From contig CAZBAJ010000006.1 of NCBI GenBank assembly GCA_964490125.1, forward strand, positions 1 to 60,144: a stretch of DNA of 60,144 bases, read 5' to 3'. The position numbers and the translations under genes are program-made. The number at the start of each line of letters is the position of its first letter. Position 1 is the stretch's first letter. Source of the DNA: an uncultured Candidatus Saccharibacteria bacterium (GTDB taxonomy: Bacteria; Patescibacteriota; WWE3; UBA101185; UBA10185). A model generated the notes under the pieces. It did not search any database, had not been told where the DNA came from, and was given only the letters and a program-made list of their open reading frames with translations. Below, one piece after another: positions 54,577-60,144 of the stretch.

Positions 54577-55296
54577 TTGGCTATGGACATTCCAATTATA
54601 TTTGAAGATGACTTTTTGCTAGTTATTGATAAGCCTGTTGGTATAAGTGTGACGGAAGAAGAGGGGGGCTTTGTGACGGGTTTGCGGTCGGAAAAAAGTG
54701 AGACGGTTAAGGACTGGGTAAAGCATAGGTACAAATTTGTGGATTGTGTGGGCGGACACGAAGACCAGTTTGAACAAAGATTTGGTATTGTACATCGGTT
54801 GGATAAAGAAACTTCCGGTGTGTTGTTGGTTGCCAAAACTAAAGAGGTTTTTGACTATTTAAAAGGGCTTTTTAAGTATAGAAGAATTCACAAAGAGTAC
54901 CAAGCTTTAGTTTACCGAATTATTACGGACGGCAGATTTGAGATTTCTGCTCCCGTTGGAAGAGATAAAGATAGCGGTACGGCTTTTAATGTGGACGAGG
55001 GGGGTAGGCAGTCCACTACAGAATTTAAGGTTGTTAAGAGAATTCAGATTCCGTTTCCGTCAACCTACCTATTTGCTTATCCTAAAACAGGTCGCACACA
55101 CCAGATTAGAGTCCATCTTAAAGCCTTTGGTCACCCGGTAGTAAATGATCACAAATATGCCTCAAGGATATTTTTAGAGTCGTCCAAAAACTTCTCAACC
55201 AGAATGATGTTACACGCCAAAAGCATTGATTTTACTGATTGGGACGGCAAGAAACGGCTTTTTGCGTCGTCCATAAATCTTACTGACTTTTTTTAG
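54577..55296 (+). CDS. RluA-family pseudouridine synthase
   Basis: VIDKPVG, VHRLDKETSG, TGRTHQIRVH. Confidence 0.93.
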   Translation: MAMDIPIIFEDDFLLVIDKPVGISVTEEEGGFVTGLRSEKSETVKDWVKHRYKFVDCVGGHEDQFEQRFGIVHRLDKETSGVLLVAKTKEVFDYLKGLFKYRRIHKEYQALVYRIITDGRFEISAPVGRDKDSGTAFNVDEGGRQSTTEFKVVKRIQIPFPSTYLFAYPKTGRTHQIRVHLKAFGHPVVNDHKYASRIFLESSKNFSTRMMLHAKSIDFTDWDGKKRLFASSINLTDFF

Positions 55297-55340
55297 AAAT
55301 AGGTCTTCACAAATTTTATAGAGTGTGATAGAAGTTATAT

Positions 55341-56351
55341 GTGCGTAAGAGTACTGCCCAAAAGAGAAAAATACGCTCTTTGTATGTCAAAAGGCGAAAT
55401 AAAAAGGTTAAAGCTACTTTATTGGTAGGAATTTCACTAGGACTTTTGGGACTATTTTTCCTCGGCAAGTCAATTGTTGCTCCCGCAGTTTCTGCTTATA
55501 GTGCTGGCTCCAGCGACCTTAAAGACAAAGATATTTACTCAACATTATTGGTAGAAAAAGATGACGCCGATTTTGTTAAAACAGCAAAAATCTTAATTTT
55601 TCAAAAGAAAGATGCCAAATTATACTCAATTAACATTCCCGTTGATTTAAAAATAGACTTACCTGGTAGGTTTGGCGAGGAAGAATACCAAAAAATCCTT
55701 AAGCTGGCGGAGACAACGGGTGAAGTCGGTAAGAGCGAGGAATTACTTATAGAAGCAACAAAAAAAGTACTCAAAATTAATGTCGACCGCTATATTATAA
55801 CTACCAAAGACTCGCTGGATCTAATTAACGGGGCTATTTTTAAAAAAGAGTTTGGACTACTTGCGCCTTGGGAAACTACTAACCTTATTAAAAATTCACA
55901 ACTTAATTTTACCGGTGGGGAATTATTGGATATGGTTATGTTTGCTCGCGGATTAACCGATCGGGATATAAGTTACATTGACTTAAATCAGGTAGCGGAT
56001 TTAGGATTAAAGTTGCGCGACATTACGCTTAGTGGCGCAATGGCAAGGGAAAGCCTGGGTGTGGTGGTGTTAAACGGTACAGGTAAGCCCGATGTAGCCA
56101 AAGAGGCTTCCCAAGTTTTTCAGAACATGGGGGCAAGAATTTCCCTCACTGCCAATGCGGAAAACGAGTATGAAAAAAGCTATTTGATAACGGACGATCC
56201 CTTAAGTGCCACCGCAAGATATATTAAAAGTTACTATCCCAACATAAATATTGTTAATACCGCATCCGCGTCATCTTTAGGGGAGGACCTGTTGGACAGG
56301 GGAGACATTTGCGTAATTGTGGGTTTTGACATTTTGGCACAGCAGGAATAA
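55341..56351 (+). CDS. LCP/LytR C-terminal-domain membrane protein
   Basis: N-terminal TM; VVVLNGTGKPDVA...DICVIVGFD. Confidence 0.75.
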   Translation: MRKSTAQKRKIRSLYVKRRNKKVKATLLVGISLGLLGLFFLGKSIVAPAVSAYSAGSSDLKDKDIYSTLLVEKDDADFVKTAKILIFQKKDAKLYSINIPVDLKIDLPGRFGEEEYQKILKLAETTGEVGKSEELLIEATKKVLKINVDRYIITTKDSLDLINGAIFKKEFGLLAPWETTNLIKNSQLNFTGGELLDMVMFARGLTDRDISYIDLNQVADLGLKLRDITLSGAMARESLGVVVLNGTGKPDVAKEASQVFQNMGARISLTANAENEYEKSYLITDDPLSATARYIKSYYPNINIVNTASASSLGEDLLDRGDICVIVGFDILAQQE

Positions 56352-56412
56352 ACTTTTATAAGTCTCTCCTTTCTAACCCTTAATATTTTGGCGCGTGACT
56401 GGTTTGTTAAGC

Positions 56413-56453
56413 TAGCCATAAGAAGTTACTGTGAAGCTTAACTTCGTTGGCTA
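56413..56453. repeat. REP-like palindromic repeat, copy 3
   Basis: TAGCCA/TGGCTA outer stem; GAAGTTA/TAACTTC inner stem. Confidence 0.8.
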
Positions 56454-56477
56454 TGGTGAGCGTCGTAAAACAAAGTT

Positions 56478-59400
56478 ATGTTATATGTAGTCCTTATAAT
56501 AATTGCGCTGGCAGTAGCTGGAAGATTCCTCGCAAAGAGGTTTAAAAAGTCGTACAAAACCTTAAACTTTGTTGCCGACCGTGTCATTTTTGAAATAAAA
56601 GTCCCCAAAATTACGGACGAAGAAGCTACATTTAAGACCGCAGCTATGGCAATGGAAAGCTTTTTTGCTTCACTTCACGGACTTTTAAAGTCCAAAGGTG
56701 AGGACGACGAGTATTTTAGCTTTGAGGTAATTTCCAAGCCAGGTTTGGGTATTAAGTTTTATGTGGTGTGTTCAGAAAAATCGTCAAACTTTGTGGAAGG
56801 TCAAATTTACGCCAATTATCCCTCGTCGCAGGTTGTTAAGGTGGACGACAATTTTGAGGATTTTTCCAAGGACAGCTACTGGGAAATGGCGCAACTAGAA
56901 GAAATAAAAAACCATATTTTTCCGCTAAAAACTTATGTGGACTTGGAGCTGGACAGCATGTCGTCGGTGACTTCGGCCATGTCGCAGTTGGTGGACGGGG
57001 AAGTGGTGGCTTTTCAACTTTTAACAAAACCTGTGGGCGACATTTGGCAAAAAGAAGGTAACGATTATGTAGCCATAATGAAAACGGGCAAAAATCCTCA
57101 AGAACGCAGTGGCGAGCCAAATTTAATTGTTTTGGTGTTGACGGAGTTTTGGAGTATTTTAGTTAGAATTTTAACAGAATCAGCCAGAATTTTTGGTGGT
57201 TCCGACAGTGGGGAAGGCGACCGCGGAATTAAAACTTCCGCGCCTGCGCCCAAACTAACCATTGTTCAAGAAATGGAAGTTAATTCCATAGAAAATAAAA
57301 TGGCAAAAATGGGTTTTACGGCGCAGGCGCGCTTTTTAGTGTCAGCCAAAACGCCTGATCGGGCAAAGCACAATATGCGCTCGGCAGTAGCCTCCATGAA
57401 TCAGTTTTCCACTACCAATTTAAATAGTTTGGTCGTTGGCCAAACGCTAACGGGTGTAGATGCCTACAATAACTTTGTCGACAGGACTTTTGATGAAGCG
57501 CGTGCCTATGTCTTAAATGTGGAAGAGTTAGGATCTTTATATCATCTGCCGTCCCAAAAAGTAGAAACTCCCAACATCGGCTGGTCGTACTCCAGAAAAA
57601 CCGAACCTCCCGCGGGTCTGCCCACCCAAAACTGCACCTACATTGCTGATACGGTCTTTAGAGATCAAAAAGTTCGCTTTGGACTTGATAACGGCGACGA
57701 CCGCTTGCGTCACATGTATGTTATTGGCAAATCCGGTACAGGCAAGTCCACCATTTTTGAAAACATGATTTCCCAGGATATTGCAAACGGCTTTGGCGTT
57801 GGTGTTTTGGATCCACATGGTGAAACAATAGACAAAGTATTAGACCGCATTCCGTCAAACCGCGTGGATGATGTTATCTATTTTGACCCGTCCGACACCG
57901 AAAGTCCCGTAGGTCTTAATCTTTTAGAAATGACCGACTTGTCGCAAAAAAACCTTATGGCCTCCGCGCTAGTGTCGGCCATTAAACACCATTTTGACTA
58001 TTCTTGGGGTCCCAGGCTTGAATACTTATTAAATTATGCCATTCTAACCCTCCTGGAGGTCCAAGGCACCACTATGTTAGGTATCACGCGACTTATGGAG
58101 GACGACAACTACCGCAACTTTATTTTGCACAATGTTAAGGATCCTGTGGTTTTAAAATTTTGGGACACCGAATTTAAAAACATGAAGAACAATCCCCGCC
58201 TTATTACAGAAGCCGTTGCGCCTATTCAAAACAAAGTCAACCGGTTTCTTGCGTCGTCCACTATTAGGAACATTTTGGGTCAGCGCAAGTCCACTATTGA
58301 CATTGAAGATGCCATGAATAACGGCAAAATTCTGCTTATGAACCTTTCTAAAGGCAAAATAGGGGAGGATAATGCGGACTTGTTGGGGGCGCTCCTTGTT
58401 TCCAGAATCCAGTTTTTTGCCTTACAGCGGGCTAATATCCCATCCAGCGAGCGGAGGCCGTTCTATTTATATGTGGACGAATTTCAAAATTTTGCGACGG
58501 GTAGTTTTGAGTCTATTCTGTCCGAGTCGCGCAAGTATGGGCTTGGACTTTATTTAACCCACCAATACACTGCCCAACTTCCGGAGGAACTGCTAAAAGC
58601 CGTTTTAGGCAATGTCGGCACAATTATTGCCTTTGCCTTAGGTACGCCGGATGCCAAGGCTTTGCAAGGTGAATTTGCGCCGTACTTCACTGACACGGAC
58701 ATTATTTCTTTAGAGCGATTTCATGTCTATATGAAACTTATGATGGACGGGATGACCTCGCTGCCGTTTTCTGCCAAAATTTTGCGCCCGTGGGTGGAGG
58801 AGGAGTGCATTGTGCCAAAGTCAGACAACAAGCAGTGGGTTTTAGAGCTTAGCCGCCAAAAGTTTGGGGTGGACAAGCTTGCGGTGGAGGACAAGGTAAG
58901 AAAATGGGTGGACACCCCGTTTGACAAGGGGATGGCCATTTCTTACGACGCCAAAGGTGGAATAAATAATTACGCGGGACAGAATACGGCTCAAAAGCCG
59001 CAGGTTCAGCAACCCGTAACCCCACCAAAACAGGTTACGACGATATCACAACTATCGCGACCGTTAACCTCGACAGAACAAATTGCTCCAGCACAAACTA
59101 CCCCTGTGGCGATACAACCCCAACCCCAAAACCAACCCTCACGATTGGTAACCCCGCCAAAGCAAAACATCCAGACACCAGCACAATCCCAAACACCCCA
59201 ACCGATTGTCGAAAAAAACCCAAAGGATCTAGTTACTTCACATCACACCTTATCAAAGGAACAATCACAAGAACCGGTACAGAAACAATCGCCAGAACGA
59301 ATCAAAATCGATGTTCCAAGTCAGCCGATGATAAACCCAGCCAGCATTATCGACCGAGGTATTTTCGACGGGATAAACATGACGACAAAAGACGGCAAGA

Positions 59401-59771
59401 ATTATTCCGTCCAACCAAATTACGCGGCAAAAAGTGAGCTGGTGTTTGGTGACGAGTTGGAGATGTATAAAGAAGGGGAGAACGACAGGTTTAGACAGGC
59501 GATAAAAGTTCCAAGAAAAGATATTGAAGGAACTTTGCAAAAGAACGACAAAGGACTGTGGGGACTTCTAGCCACGGACGGGAGATTTTATCCAGTTTCC
59601 CAAACCGCCGTGGAATTTAACGAGTTTCAACCAGGTCAGCACATGTACGGTATTCTCCCTGCTAATATCGACTTTCCGCCTTTTTGTACTTTAGCGCTAA
59701 AAAAATATCGTAAGGAATTGCAAAAGCAGAAAGAACTCCAAAAACTCAAAACCGATCAAAGTTTACGCTGA
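56478..59771 (+). CDS. VirD4/TrwB-like (HerA-type) ATPase with P/Q-rich linker and extra C-terminal domain
   Basis: RHMYVIGKSGTGKS, LYVDEFQNF, SESRKYGL. Confidence 0.85.
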   Translation: MLYVVLIIIALAVAGRFLAKRFKKSYKTLNFVADRVIFEIKVPKITDEEATFKTAAMAMESFFASLHGLLKSKGEDDEYFSFEVISKPGLGIKFYVVCSEKSSNFVEGQIYANYPSSQVVKVDDNFEDFSKDSYWEMAQLEEIKNHIFPLKTYVDLELDSMSSVTSAMSQLVDGEVVAFQLLTKPVGDIWQKEGNDYVAIMKTGKNPQERSGEPNLIVLVLTEFWSILVRILTESARIFGGSDSGEGDRGIKTSAPAPKLTIVQEMEVNSIENKMAKMGFTAQARFLVSAKTPDRAKHNMRSAVASMNQFSTTNLNSLVVGQTLTGVDAYNNFVDRTFDEARAYVLNVEELGSLYHLPSQKVETPNIGWSYSRKTEPPAGLPTQNCTYIADTVFRDQKVRFGLDNGDDRLRHMYVIGKSGTGKSTIFENMISQDIANGFGVGVLDPHGETIDKVLDRIPSNRVDDVIYFDPSDTESPVGLNLLEMTDLSQKNLMASALVSAIKHHFDYSWGPRLEYLLNYAILTLLEVQGTTMLGITRLMEDDNYRNFILHNVKDPVVLKFWDTEFKNMKNNPRLITEAVAPIQNKVNRFLASSTIRNILGQRKSTIDIEDAMNNGKILLMNLSKGKIGEDNADLLGALLVSRIQFFALQRANIPSSERRPFYLYVDEFQNFATGSFESILSESRKYGLGLYLTHQYTAQLPEELLKAVLGNVGTIIAFALGTPDAKALQGEFAPYFTDTDIISLERFHVYMKLMMDGMTSLPFSAKILRPWVEEECIVPKSDNKQWVLELSRQKFGVDKLAVEDKVRKWVDTPFDKGMAISYDAKGGINNYAGQNTAQKPQVQQPVTPPKQVTTISQLSRPLTSTEQIAPAQTTPVAIQPQPQNQPSRLVTPPKQNIQTPAQSQTPQPIVEKNPKDLVTSHHTLSKEQSQEPVQKQSPERIKIDVPSQPMINPASIIDRGIFDGINMTTKDGKNYSVQPNYAAKSELVFGDELEMYKEGENDRFRQAIKVPRKDIEGTLQKNDKGLWGLLATDGRFYPVSQTAVEFNEFQPGQHMYGILPANIDFPPFCTLALKKYRKELQKQKELQKLKTDQSLR

Positions 59772-59981
59772 TTACTTGTGATAATATAGCTCTAACGCCT
59801 CATTTAAATTGCTTAACGCGTTTTTTCTAGTTTTACCAAAGCTGGCAACATCCACATCAAGGCATTGGGATACAAAGTAACGCCCTTCTTTCCAAATTGA
59901 GAACTGGTGGTGTTTTCTAGGGTTTTGTTTTTCCATTCCTTTATTCTACTACGACGCGGATTTTAACAGAAGTCAGCGCAT

Positions 59982-60144
59982 TAGATAGTATTTTATTGTC
60001 ATCGTAGATTCTTTTTTGGTAAGGCCACAGACCCTATATTTAAACGAACAATAAACTACTTTTATTAAATTTAAGGCTTTTGCTACAGGGTTAACTGTAT
60101 GACATTTGTGACATTGTTCAGTTATATTTATTTGCGAACTATTT
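59982..60144 (+). repeat. Long non-coding repeat element, copy C (cut by the window end)
   Basis: Matches the left arm of copy B; 22-bp ATATTTAAACGAACAATAAACT is identical in A, B and C. Confidence 0.88.

Noticed and set aside
56478-59771. Conjugative element
   Set aside because: No relaxase, VirB genes or integrase nearby; flanked by housekeeping genes.

Overview
Bacterial chromosome segment, most likely Patescibacteria/CPR (inferred from gene content, short EF-Ts, no pyrH between tsf and frr, and many leaderless-type starts), read with genetic code 11. Positions 14.9-59.8 kb are mostly housekeeping genes with TA modules, five tRNAs and a dnaB carrying a LAGLIDADG intein. Positions 1-14 kb are accessory: a giant S74-chaperone surface protein, a PIN TA pair and a two-target diversity-generating retroelement (DGR). 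The DGR has VR1 6548-6722, VR2 10447-10621, TR 11761-11935, avd and an RT broken by a single -1 frameshift at a T-TTT-TTA heptamer. Two things are not explained by standard annotation. (1) The DGR is interrupted by two nuclease-like cargo genes (NYN and DUF3800); each sits between long direct repeats of local DGR sequence and each has its own sigma70 promoter driving a roughly 45-nt hairpin RNA. (2) A roughly 0.87-kb non-coding repeat occurs three times (14023-14900, 16393-17255, 59982-window end), with conserved arms, inverted repeats, seven conserved TAGTTC/GAACTA boxes and a hypervariable strand-skewed core. Family calls come from motif recognition by eye; no database searches were run.
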